This document shows, piece by piece, positions 9,880-17,608 of a DNA stretch of 62,763 nt (within the stretch, counting starts at the first letter, position 1; each line of letters starts with the position of its first letter). Below the pieces are notes generated by a model. That model did no database searches. It was not told the origin of the DNA and was given only the letters and a program-made list of their open reading frames with translations. Made by a program: the position numbers and the translations under genes. Source of the stretch: Capsulimonadales bacterium (GTDB lineage: Bacteria > Armatimonadota > Armatimonadia > Armatimonadales > Armatimonadaceae); the NCBI GenBank assembly GCA_033762295.1, contig JANRLW010000089.1, positions 1-62,763 on the forward strand, in the 5' to 3' direction.

Positions 9880-10359
9880 TCACTCTCTTCCGGCGAATTC
9901 GCGGCGGGCTTCCCGTTCGCGGTCCCGGTCGGCGATGGCCTCCCGTTTGTCGTAGAGTTTCTTTCCGCGTCCGACTCCGAGTTCGAGTTTGGCGAAACCC
10001 CGTTCGAAGTAGATGGAAAGGGGAATCAGGGTCAGGCCCTTTTGCTGAACGACTCCGGCCAGGCGGTCGAGCTCTCGGCGGGTAAGGAGCAGTTTGCGGG
10101 GGCGGAGCGGTTCGACGTTGAACCGGTTGCCTTCGGCATGCGGGGAGATATGCGCTCCGTAGAGAAAGAGTTCGTTGTTGCGGTCGAACTGGGCGAACGC
10201 TCCGGTGAGGTTGACCCGTCCGGCGCGGAGGGATTTGACCTCGGTGCCGACGAGGACGAGGCCGGCGGCGTAGGTATCGTCAATGAAGTAGTCATGCCGC
10301 GCCCTGCGGTTGACGGTGACGGTTTTGCGTCCGCCCGATTTGTCCTCTTTGTTTCCCAT
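9880..10359 (-). CDS. smpB: SsrA-binding protein
   Basis: [35 protein letters not shown]. Confidence 0.98.
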   Translation of the reverse strand: MGNKEDKSGGRKTVTVNRRARHDYFIDDTYAAGLVLVGTEVKSLRAGRVNLTGAFAQFDRNNELFLYGAHISPHAEGNRFNVEPLRPRKLLLTRRELDRLAGVVQQKGLTLIPLSIYFERGFAKLELGVGRGKKLYDKREAIADRDREREARREFAGRE

Positions 10360-10384
10360 AAGACGTCATTATACCGTGCCGGTG

Positions 10385-10409
10385 CGGACGGAGGAGAATC
10401 CTCCGTCCG
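10385..10409. terminator. Perfect 11-bp hairpin downstream of lysA (no clear U-tract)
   Basis: CGGACGGAGGA-gaa-TCCTCCGTCCG. Confidence 0.45.
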
Positions 10410-10432
10410 GTTTGAGGGGGAATGACGTGGGG

Positions 10433-11761
10433 TTACGGTCGGAAGCGGTCGGGGATTCGGTCCTGACGAAGGAGATCGTCGAGGGTTTCCCGTTCGTAGA
10501 CAACCTCGGCCTGACCGTCGCGGACGAACACGACGGTGGGCCGGGGCAGGCGGTTGTAGTTGGAGGCCATGGCGTGATTGTACGCGCCGGTGGTTTGAAC
10601 GGCGAGGATATCGCCGGTTTCGGTGTCGCCGAGGGGCAGGTTCCAGATCAGGATATCGGTCTCGCAGTGTTTGCCGGCGATGGTAACGACGCGTTCCTTC
10701 GGCTGTGCGGCGCGGTTGGCGACGAGAGCATCGTAGACGGAATCGTAAAGCTGGGGGCGGGGGTTATCGCTCATGCCACCGTCGACGGAGACGTAGAAGC
10801 GGTAGCCGGGTTCCTCCGGGATGCCGACGCGTTTGGTCGCGCCGATGGTGTAGAGCGTGGCGCCGGTTTCGGCGACCAGTGCGCGGCCCGGCTCCTGAAG
10901 GAGGCGGGGCGGCGACACCTGGTATTTTTCCAAGGCGGTTTCCAGGGAGGCGCAGATCCGTTCGGCGAACTCGTCGTAGGTGGGCGGCTGATGTTTTTCG
11001 AGATAGCGGACGCCGAGTCCGCCGCCGATATTGAGTTCTTCCATCGTGTGTCCGGTGGTTTCCCGGATGGTGGCGAGAAAGTTCACCATGACGTCGATCG
11101 CGTCCTCGTGAGATTGGGCGTCCAGAAGCTGGGAGCCGACGTGGCAGTGGATTCCGAGGAGGCGGATGGGAGAGAGTTCGAGGGCTTCTCGGACGGCGGC
11201 GAGGGCCGCGCCGTCGGAAATATTGATGCCGAACTTGGTGTCTTCCTGTCCGGTGCGGATGCGTCGGTGGGTATGCGGGTCGATGCCGGGGGTGACGCGA
11301 AGGAGGATCGGCTGGACGCGCCCGTATTCCCCGGCGATCGTCGCGAGTCGTCGGAGTTCCCAGGGGTTATCGACGACGAACCGACCGACGCCGGCGGCCA
11401 CGCCCTGTCGAATCTCGTCATCGGATTTATTGTTGCCGTGGAAGAGGATCTGTTCGGCGGGGAATCCGGCGGTCAGGGCGGTATGGAGTTCTCCGCCCGA
11501 AGCGACATCGAGCTGGAGTCCTTCCTGTGCGACGAGGAGGGCCATGGCTTGGACGAGGAAGGCTTTTCCGGCGTAGGTCACGACGGATTCACCGGGGTAC
11601 CGTCGGGCGAACGCGGCTTGATAGCGCTGGCAGTTGTCACGGAGGAACGCTTCATCCATGACATAGAGCGGCGTCCCGAAGGTACGGGCGAGTTCGACGG
11701 TGTCGCACCCTCCGATTTCCAGATGTCCTCGATCGTTGATCCGCTGGGTCCCGAGCAGCAT
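10433..11761 (-). CDS. lysA: Diaminopimelate decarboxylase
   Basis: FGTPLYV, YAGKAF (PLP Lys), HCHVGSQ, EPGR, GKHCETD, GAY..MASNYN. Confidence 0.97.
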   Translation of the reverse strand: MLLGTQRINDRGHLEIGGCDTVELARTFGTPLYVMDEAFLRDNCQRYQAAFARRYPGESVVTYAGKAFLVQAMALLVAQEGLQLDVASGGELHTALTAGFPAEQILFHGNNKSDDEIRQGVAAGVGRFVVDNPWELRRLATIAGEYGRVQPILLRVTPGIDPHTHRRIRTGQEDTKFGINISDGAALAAVREALELSPIRLLGIHCHVGSQLLDAQSHEDAIDVMVNFLATIRETTGHTMEELNIGGGLGVRYLEKHQPPTYDEFAERICASLETALEKYQVSPPRLLQEPGRALVAETGATLYTIGATKRVGIPEEPGYRFYVSVDGGMSDNPRPQLYDSVYDALVANRAAQPKERVVTIAGKHCETDILIWNLPLGDTETGDILAVQTTGAYNHAMASNYNRLPRPTVVFVRDGQAEVVYERETLDDLLRQDRIPDRFRP

Positions 11762-11817
11762 GGTTCCTTTCGTCCTTTCGTGCCGACCCCGGCGAGAGGG
11801 GCTTTGGTCCGGGGTGC

Positions 11818-11851
11818 AAAAAGGCGCGACCGCTCAAACAACGGTCACGCC
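11818..11851 (-). promoter_or_regulatory. Terminator-like hairpin in lysA 5' leader
   Basis: Minus strand GGCGTGACCG-N9-CGGTCGCGCC-TTTTT just after a TACAGT -10-like box. Confidence 0.5.
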
Positions 11852-12022
11852 GTCTCGCACTGTACCATGTTCGGGCATCGAATGCCAAAGGAGTATAGGC
11901 TGATATCGACCGGGGTGGTCGGCGCGTAGAGCGTGTTTGTTAAGTCTTTCGAGTGGTCTTTTCCTACCTGCTAATTCGAGCCAGAATAACCGTATGAAAA
12001 GCGATAAACCTGGATCGGAAAA

Positions 12023-12094
12023 TGATCTTCCGTCGAAAGTACGGACAAGCAGATAACAAGCCTCGCCTCATCGGTAAAATTTCGTATCGAGCGA
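12023..12094 (+). repeat. Left copy of 72-bp inverted repeat
   Basis: 68 of 72 positions match the reverse complement of 13494-13564 (3 mismatches, 1 gap; manual alignment). Confidence 0.95.
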
Positions 12095-12120
12095 CTCCAA
12101 ACTCGCACTGAAGTAAACCC

Positions 12121-12149
12121 TTGCGTCCGGCGGACAGAGCCTCTATACT
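12121..12149 (+). promoter_or_regulatory. Sigma70-type promoter of the two-gene cassette
   Basis: TTGCGT-N17-TATACT. Confidence 0.65.
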
Positions 12150-12216
12150 ATTTGTAGTGGGAAAGTGGGAACGGCCCACTTCTCTATGGAGTCGGAAAAT
12201 GAGGGGTGAGAGCGTT

Positions 12217-12804
12217 ATGAGTCTACTGATGGAGACGACGGAATTTAAGGTCGCCGACCAGAAAGGGCGGGTCGCCCTGGGAAGCAAATGGGCGGGGAAG
12301 CGTTTTGCCGTTTATGAGGAGTCGGATGGCAAGGTGATGCTGTCACCGGTTCTGGTTGTGCCAGAAAGCGAACATCCTCTGACCGCATCACGCTTGCGGG
12401 AGAGTTTCGCCTTCCTGGAAGGCCTGACCGACAACTGGGACGGTCGCGGTTCGCTTGCTCCCGACCCGGCGACCATCGCGTCCGCCCGCGAAGCGCTGGG
12501 ACTGCTTCAGGCCAGTGCGCTTGCTCGCGGGATGGGTTGGGTCGAACCGCATATCGGCGCGAACGAGCGCGGTCAGATTACTCTGGAATGGTGGCAGGAG
12601 AATCGCTCCGTCACGGTGTTCATCCGCGCCGAAAACCAGGTGGACTATCTTAAGGCTTGGGGAACCAACATTGAGGCGGAGATGCAGGACGGGGAAATTA
12701 CTACCATCGCCGACTTTATCGCCCTATCGCACTGGCTCAACCCGGGGCAGAGAGCGGGTAGAGCGATTCCTTCGGAATCGGCAGGGGAGGGGCAGGCCAC
12801 ATGA
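12217..12804 (+). CDS. Putative antitoxin/regulator: AbrB/MraZ-like N-terminus fused to uncharacterised LxxLxDNWDG domain
   Basis: KVADQKGRVALG..AGKRFAVYEESDGKVMLSP swapped-hairpin pattern; LEGLTDNWDGRGSLAP...GQITLEWW. Confidence 0.7.
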   Translation: MSLLMETTEFKVADQKGRVALGSKWAGKRFAVYEESDGKVMLSPVLVVPESEHPLTASRLRESFAFLEGLTDNWDGRGSLAPDPATIASAREALGLLQASALARGMGWVEPHIGANERGQITLEWWQENRSVTVFIRAENQVDYLKAWGTNIEAEMQDGEITTIADFIALSHWLNPGQRAGRAIPSESAGEGQAT

Positions 12805-13265
12805 GCGACATTTTGATGCCTTCCCCTGCGGACCCGGTGACCGATGACGAAATCTTGTACCGGGCGCTTTCCGCAGATCCGCGCTATCTCGCCCCGGACG
12901 GACAGGGCGGCTTTCGCATCAGCAGTATGGCCTTCAACGATGCGGGCCGTCGCCCGTCGGTGGACCGGGCCGCGCTCTGCCCCGATGGCGCGGTGGAGAT
13001 ACAGGCGCGCTTCTCTCCCGGAAGCGGCGTTCTGTCACTGGTTGCGCGGGAGGTACGTAGTTTGCAGACGGTCCATGGCGGAACGGGGCTGGTCTACGGG
13101 GTGGATGTGGAACCGGTGCCGCTACCCGACAATCCCGCCCATGCCGAGATATTCGGGCATCCACCTTTCGATACGGACAAGGTGTTCGACCGCATCAAGC
13201 AGGCTCTCGCACGTATCGCAACGGTCGTTATTCTCCCCACCAAATCCGAGACTGATCTGCCCTGA
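12801..13265 (+). CDS. Hypothetical protein, putative ADP-ribosyltransferase-fold toxin
   Basis: ATGA-coupled to upstream gene; DEILYRAL...SSMAF...PSVDR...DNPAHAEI motif order; fold is inference. Confidence 0.65.
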   Translation: MSDILMPSPADPVTDDEILYRALSADPRYLAPDGQGGFRISSMAFNDAGRRPSVDRAALCPDGAVEIQARFSPGSGVLSLVAREVRSLQTVHGGTGLVYGVDVEPVPLPDNPAHAEIFGHPPFDTDKVFDRIKQALARIATVVILPTKSETDLP

Positions 13266-13340
13266 CTCTTGATCCTCCCCCAGTTTCACGTACATTCGAT
13301 CAAAAAGCCATCGCCCGCCGTTGCTCTCCCTTTCCTGCCT

Positions 13341-13480
13341 CTACCTGCTGCGAATACCGACGCTCGAACGTCTCCGGGCTAACGGTCCCCAAAGACGAAT
13401 GCCGACGCGCCCGGTTGTACCAAACCTCGTTCGGTGAACTAACTCCCGCTTCAGGCTTCCGAAAAGTTTGCGTTCTGCCA
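13341..13480 (-). pseudogene. Decayed IS3-family transposase C-terminal fragment
   Basis: LFGSLKRELVHRTRF matches the IS3 integrase-core motif ESFFGSLKRELVHRTRF; degenerate RRRSSVG follows. Confidence 0.7.
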
Positions 13481-13493
13481 TCTGTTCCTCGCT

Positions 13494-13564
13494 TCGCTCG
13501 TTACGATATTTTACGATGAGGCGAGGCTTGTTATCTGCCTGTCCGTACTTTCGACGGAAGATCA
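13494..13564 (-). repeat. Right copy of 72-bp inverted repeat
   Basis: Reverse complement of 12023-12094. Confidence 0.95.
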
Positions 13565-13732
13565 GTTGCGACGTTTGACCGGTCCGGTGGCCGTTGAAAA
13601 GGGCAGAATACGGCAAAAACGGACGGCTCGAAGAAATGTACAGACTTAACAAACAAACGCGTATTTTTGTTTATCGGCGAAGGGGTTCGGATCGATAGTG
13701 AGACGGAAGGGCGTCGAAGGCGTCCGCAATGC

Positions 13733-13858
13733 AAGGAAGGTATTTTATGATTGCTCCGGTCGTGAAAAGTGAGGGCTTCGGGGGAAGCCGTTCGTCGATT
13801 CGTTCCGTTTTCCTTCGGGGGGACGGAACCTGCTTTTCACGACCGGGAGAATCCTGCG
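13733..13858 (+). promoter_or_regulatory. Structured 5' leader (three-way junction) with uORF start; putative translational attenuator
   Basis: Perfect 14-bp stem 13756-13769/13833-13846 enclosing hairpins 13774-13789 and 13802-13829 (cUUCGg loop); overlaps RBS GGGAGA; AAGGAAGG + ATG 13747. Confidence 0.65.
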
Positions 13859-14305
13859 TTGAGTTATTCCGCCAAACGTTTGCAGAAGAAAGAGCGGCGC
13901 GAGGGCCGCGAGTCGGCCTCGTCCCATCGTAACGAGGGAAAGCGAAACGGTGCGCCGGTCGGGGACTGGTTCGCCTGTATTCACTGTGGGCTGCCGGTAC
14001 CGACGGCTGCGCCGGGCACCGAGCATCGCAACCATTGTCCGGCGTGTCTTCGGAGCAGGCATGTCGATGAGGAACCGGGGGACCGGGCTTCGGAGTGCGG
14101 TTCGGTGATGGACCCGATCGCGGTCTGGTCGCGTCCGGGCGGCGACTGGGCGATTATTCATCGTTGCCGGGGATGCGGGACGCTGCATTCCAACCGGATC
14201 GCCGGGGACGATAACGAGGTGGCGCTGGTGGCTCTGGCGACCCGTGCGATCGCGACGCCGCCGTTTCCGCTGAACCGTCTGGCGACGGTGGCGAGCCGGG
14301 AATAG
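13859..14305 (+). CDS. RNHCP domain zinc-binding protein
   Basis: FACIHCG...HRNHCPACLRSRHVD..PGDRAS.C...HRCRGCG...NRIAGDDN; TTG start after GGGAGA. Confidence 0.93.
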   Translation: MSYSAKRLQKKERREGRESASSHRNEGKRNGAPVGDWFACIHCGLPVPTAAPGTEHRNHCPACLRSRHVDEEPGDRASECGSVMDPIAVWSRPGGDWAIIHRCRGCGTLHSNRIAGDDNEVALVALATRAIATPPFPLNRLATVASRE

Positions 14306-14318
14306 AGGAGGCGACCGA

Positions 14319-14867
14319 ATGGAAGGTTTGGAGAAGGTAAGGGTCGGGGAGGTCCGGATGGACCGGTTCTTTCACGGGCCGCGTCCGATGTCGCTTCCGT
14401 CGATCGTTTTGATTCAGCCGAAGTATGCGCATAACGTCGGGCAGGTGTTTCGGATCGCGGCGTGTTTCGGCGTCGAGCAGGTGTGGACGTCGGGTCGGCG
14501 GATTCGGGATGCGGTGGCGATGCTGGATCGTCTGCCGCGGGAGGAGCGGAATCGGGGGTATCGTGAGGTGACGCTGATCGGTTGTGACGACCCGCTGGAA
14601 CATCTTCCTTCGGAGGCGGAGCCGGTGGCGGTGGAGGTGCGGGCGCAGTCGGAGAGCCTTCCGGAGTTCGTTCATCCGGCGAACGCCGTTTATGTCTTCG
14701 GTCCGGAGGACGGCAGTTTGGACCGGAGCGTTCTGACCCGCTGTCATCGGTTCGTGCGTATTCCGACCCGCCACTGCCTGAACCTGTCGGTGGCGGTCGG
14801 GACGGTGCTTTACGATCGGGCGGCGAAGGCGTCCACATTTTCGGAGCGGGAGTTTCCGGCATTCTGA
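14319..14867 (+). CDS. TrmH/SpoU family RNA methyltransferase (SPOUT domain only)
   Basis: PKYAHNVGQVFR, YVFGPEDGSL, IPTRHCLNLSVAVGTVLYDR. Confidence 0.88.
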   Translation: MEGLEKVRVGEVRMDRFFHGPRPMSLPSIVLIQPKYAHNVGQVFRIAACFGVEQVWTSGRRIRDAVAMLDRLPREERNRGYREVTLIGCDDPLEHLPSEAEPVAVEVRAQSESLPEFVHPANAVYVFGPEDGSLDRSVLTRCHRFVRIPTRHCLNLSVAVGTVLYDRAAKASTFSEREFPAF

Positions 14868-14993
14868 AAATATCCTTCCGTCGTCCGCACGGGCCGCGCC
14901 GTTCCATCCGGCGGCGGTCGGTCGCCGGGGTTGAGGAGATCGGCGGTCGATTGGCGAAAGTACGACCGTCAATCTTTTCGGAGGTGGATCGAG

Positions 14994-16112
14994 ATGACGA
15001 TTGGAAAAGCGGCGGTTTTGAACGAGGCGGGCAAGGACGCCGAGATTATCGATATCGAGGTGGATGCGCCGGGACCGAACGAGGTTCTGGTACGGCTGGT
15101 GGCGTCGGGGGTATGCCATACGGACCTGACGGTGAAGGTTTTGCACGGCAACGGGATGCCTTTCCCGATCGTTCTGGGGCATGAGGGAAGCGGTATTGTG
15201 GAGGCGGTCGGGGAGGGCGTGACCCATTTGAAGCCGGGGGACCCGGTGGTGATTGCGTATCGCGCTCCGTGCGAGCAGTGTCCGGCGTGTCGTCGGGGCG
15301 ATCCGCGCCACTGTTATGCGGCGTTGCGGGCGGGGAAGCGGATTCGTCGGAAGTCGGACGGGGCGTACTGTTCGCAGGTGTTGCGGTGCGGAACGTTTGC
15401 GACGCACACGGTGGTGCATTCGAAGGCGGCGATCAAGATGCCGGAGGCGATGCCGCTGGAGAAGGCGTGTCTGATCGCCTGCGGGGTGGTGACGGGTGTC
15501 GGCGCGACGATGAACACGGTGAAGGTCTGGCCGGGCGCGAGCGTGGCGGTCGTCGGCTGCGGCGGCGTCGGTCTGTCGGTGATTGCCGGGGCGAAGATCG
15601 CCCATGCGAAGCAGATCATCGCGGTGGACGTCAACCCGACGAAACTGGAGTGGGCGAAGGAGTTCGGCGCGACGCATACGGTGAATGCGAAGGAGACCGA
15701 TCCGGTGGCGGCGGTGCGCGGCCTGGTGACGGATGACTGGGCGGGTTATGAGGGCGGCGTCGATTTCGCGTTCGAGGCGACGGGCAAGATGTTCTGTATC
15801 GAGCAGGCGGTCCGGATGGTGAACTACAACGGGACGGCGGTCACGATCGGTTTTCCGGCGTCGACGGACGAGGTGACGCTGAACGTCGGCAATATTGATA
15901 CGGGCGTTTACTGGAACAAGGTCAATCTGGCGGTCTGTCATTGCGGTGACGCGTTACCGTCGCATGATTTCCCGTTGCTGGCGCAGTTCTATCTGCAGGG
16001 GCAGTTGAATCTCGACCGGATGGTGACGCAGGAGATCGAACTGGGCGATGTCGAGGCGGCGTTCCACAAGATGGAAGAGGGGAACGTGATCCGATCGGTC
16101 ATCCGGTTCTGA
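14994..16112 (+). CDS. Zn-dependent alcohol dehydrogenase (class III/thiol-dependent formaldehyde dehydrogenase-like)
   Basis: GVCHTD, LGHEG, CxxCxxC..C structural Zn site, GCGGVG. Confidence 0.92.
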   Translation: MTIGKAAVLNEAGKDAEIIDIEVDAPGPNEVLVRLVASGVCHTDLTVKVLHGNGMPFPIVLGHEGSGIVEAVGEGVTHLKPGDPVVIAYRAPCEQCPACRRGDPRHCYAALRAGKRIRRKSDGAYCSQVLRCGTFATHTVVHSKAAIKMPEAMPLEKACLIACGVVTGVGATMNTVKVWPGASVAVVGCGGVGLSVIAGAKIAHAKQIIAVDVNPTKLEWAKEFGATHTVNAKETDPVAAVRGLVTDDWAGYEGGVDFAFEATGKMFCIEQAVRMVNYNGTAVTIGFPASTDEVTLNVGNIDTGVYWNKVNLAVCHCGDALPSHDFPLLAQFYLQGQLNLDRMVTQEIELGDVEAAFHKMEEGNVIRSVIRF

Positions 16113-16180
16113 CGCAGGCGCGAAGGAGCGAACCCTCTCCTTTGCCGATGGACGGTCGAAGGAGGGGGTATACTTTTGCC

Positions 16181-16528
16181 ATGTCCGAAGCCATGTCCGA
16201 TTCCGTGAACGAGCCGTTTCGTCGTCTGTCGCCGGCGGAGGTCGAGGCGATCCTGGACCGGGGCGATGAGGTGTTTGTGGTCGACGTGCGTGAACCGCGA
16301 GCGTTCCGCGAGGGGCATATATCGGAGGCGATTTCCCTGCCGGCGGACGACTTCGCCGATCGGTATTCGCGCGAGATTTCGCCGGACGATCCGGTGATCG
16401 TCGTCTGTCAGCGTGGGCAGACGTCGGTAGCGGCGGCGGGATTCCTGGCGTCGCAGGGGTTTACGAACGTTTCCACGATGGAGGGTGGGATGAACGCGTG
16501 GAACGGCCCGCTTCAAACCCGTGATTAG
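16181..16528 (+). CDS. Rhodanese-like domain protein
   Basis: VDVRE..F..GHI..A, VCQRGQTS, MEGGMNAW. Confidence 0.92.
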   Translation: MSEAMSDSVNEPFRRLSPAEVEAILDRGDEVFVVDVREPRAFREGHISEAISLPADDFADRYSREISPDDPVIVVCQRGQTSVAAAGFLASQGFTNVSTMEGGMNAWNGPLQTRD

Positions 16529-16653
16529 CGTCAAAAATCGGGGGAATAATCCGTTTCGAATTCGAACTTCCGTTTTGAAACGTCCGTATCTTTAAATGAG
16601 GCGTATTTCGGGGTAATTTCCCCGTTCGGATAGTTTGGAAAGAGGAACTACGG

Positions 16654-17430
16654 ATGATCAACAAAACCCGATCGCGGATTTTGTTCACGCTGTTGACCGG
16701 TTTGACCGCAGCCATGATGGCGATTGCTCCGGCTGCGGCGCAGGAGCCGTCCGGAACATCGCCGTCTCGATCGGTTGCGGCCCGTCGCCCGCGGCCCGCG
16801 CCCTATGTCTCGTTGAATGTGCAGAACGCGCCCGTCCGGCTCGCACTGGAGCGGTTGTTTCAGGAAGCGCGTCGTGATTATGTGATCGCCCACGATGTTT
16901 CGGGGGTGATTTCGATGCAGGTAACGCGCAGACCGTTCTCGGAGGCGTTGCGTTTACTGCTGAACAATGCCTCCCCCGCACTGGAAATGGAGCAGGAGAG
17001 CGGGATTTTCCTGATTCGTCGCAAGGTGACGGAAGCATCGGAGAACGGCGGGAAATCGGTGGCTCGGAACGAGGCCGCCTCGAAACCGACGGAGGAGACG
17101 GAGGAGACGGACGCCGCGCCGACGGAGAATCGTCCGGGTTCCGGTTATTACGGCGGTTGGCAGATCGGCGGCGAGATGCCGAGGTTTTCGGCGGGCATTC
17201 CGGGGTATCCGGGGATCGGGTTGCCGACGAACGGGTTTGGCAACGCCTTTACGCCGTATCAGTACCCGGTGTTCTTCGTCGAACCGCTGGCCGGTCCCGG
17301 ATTTTTCCAGGCTCCGGTTCTTTCGCTTGCGCCGGGGGTGACGGTATTCGGGGCGTTCGGTGCGACGCCGTTCGGAGCCGCGCCGTTCCCGGTCATACCG
17401 AACGGCGGTTTTTTCCCGTCCCCGTATTAG
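16654..17430 (+). CDS. Secreted protein with secretin/TonB N-terminal (STN)-like domain and Pro/Gly/aromatic tail
   Basis: Signal peptide ending AAAQ; VSLNVQNAPVRLALERLF...DYVIAHDVSGVISM...PFSEALRLLL. Confidence 0.75.
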   Translation: MINKTRSRILFTLLTGLTAAMMAIAPAAAQEPSGTSPSRSVAARRPRPAPYVSLNVQNAPVRLALERLFQEARRDYVIAHDVSGVISMQVTRRPFSEALRLLLNNASPALEMEQESGIFLIRRKVTEASENGGKSVARNEAASKPTEETEETDAAPTENRPGSGYYGGWQIGGEMPRFSAGIPGYPGIGLPTNGFGNAFTPYQYPVFFVEPLAGPGFFQAPVLSLAPGVTVFGAFGATPFGAAPFPVIPNGGFFPSPY

Positions 17431-17608
17431 ACCCGAATTAGAAGATGAGAAGATGACCCGGGCAACCGCCGTGATCCCTGCGGCGGTTGTCCTGTCCCGA
17501 AACGGGCAATTCGAACCGAACCGAACCTCTTTTTTTCAAGACCGTCTTTTATGTTGAGACACACGGAACGCCCGGCGACGGGCGTTCCGGTTTGAAAAGA
17601 GGCACAGG

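Larger units (their letters stand above)
11929..13657. mobile_element. Non-autonomous composite cassette bounded by two inverted MITE-like repeats
   Basis: 14-bp IR TGTTTGTTAAGTCT (11934-11947 / 13642-13655), 72-bp inner IR (12023-12094 / 13494-13564), flanking direct repeat CGCGTA (11923-11928 / 13658-13663). Confidence 0.7.

Noticed and set aside
9822..10432. tmRNA (ssrA) next to smpB
   Set aside because: No room and no tRNA-like ends in the flanking intergenic regions.
11762..11930. Canonical lysine riboswitch upstream of lysA
   Set aside because: Leader too short and conserved L-box core not recognisable; only a simple hairpin is supported.
11964..12287. 107-aa minus ORF, and the full 13341-13652 ORF, as intact genes
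   Set aside because: They run through the non-coding inverted repeats; only the short IS3-like segment has protein similarity.
14154..15941. Long Arg/His-rich minus-strand ORFs (also 41742-43490, 52156-53562)
   Set aside because: Shadow frames of clearly identified plus-strand genes.
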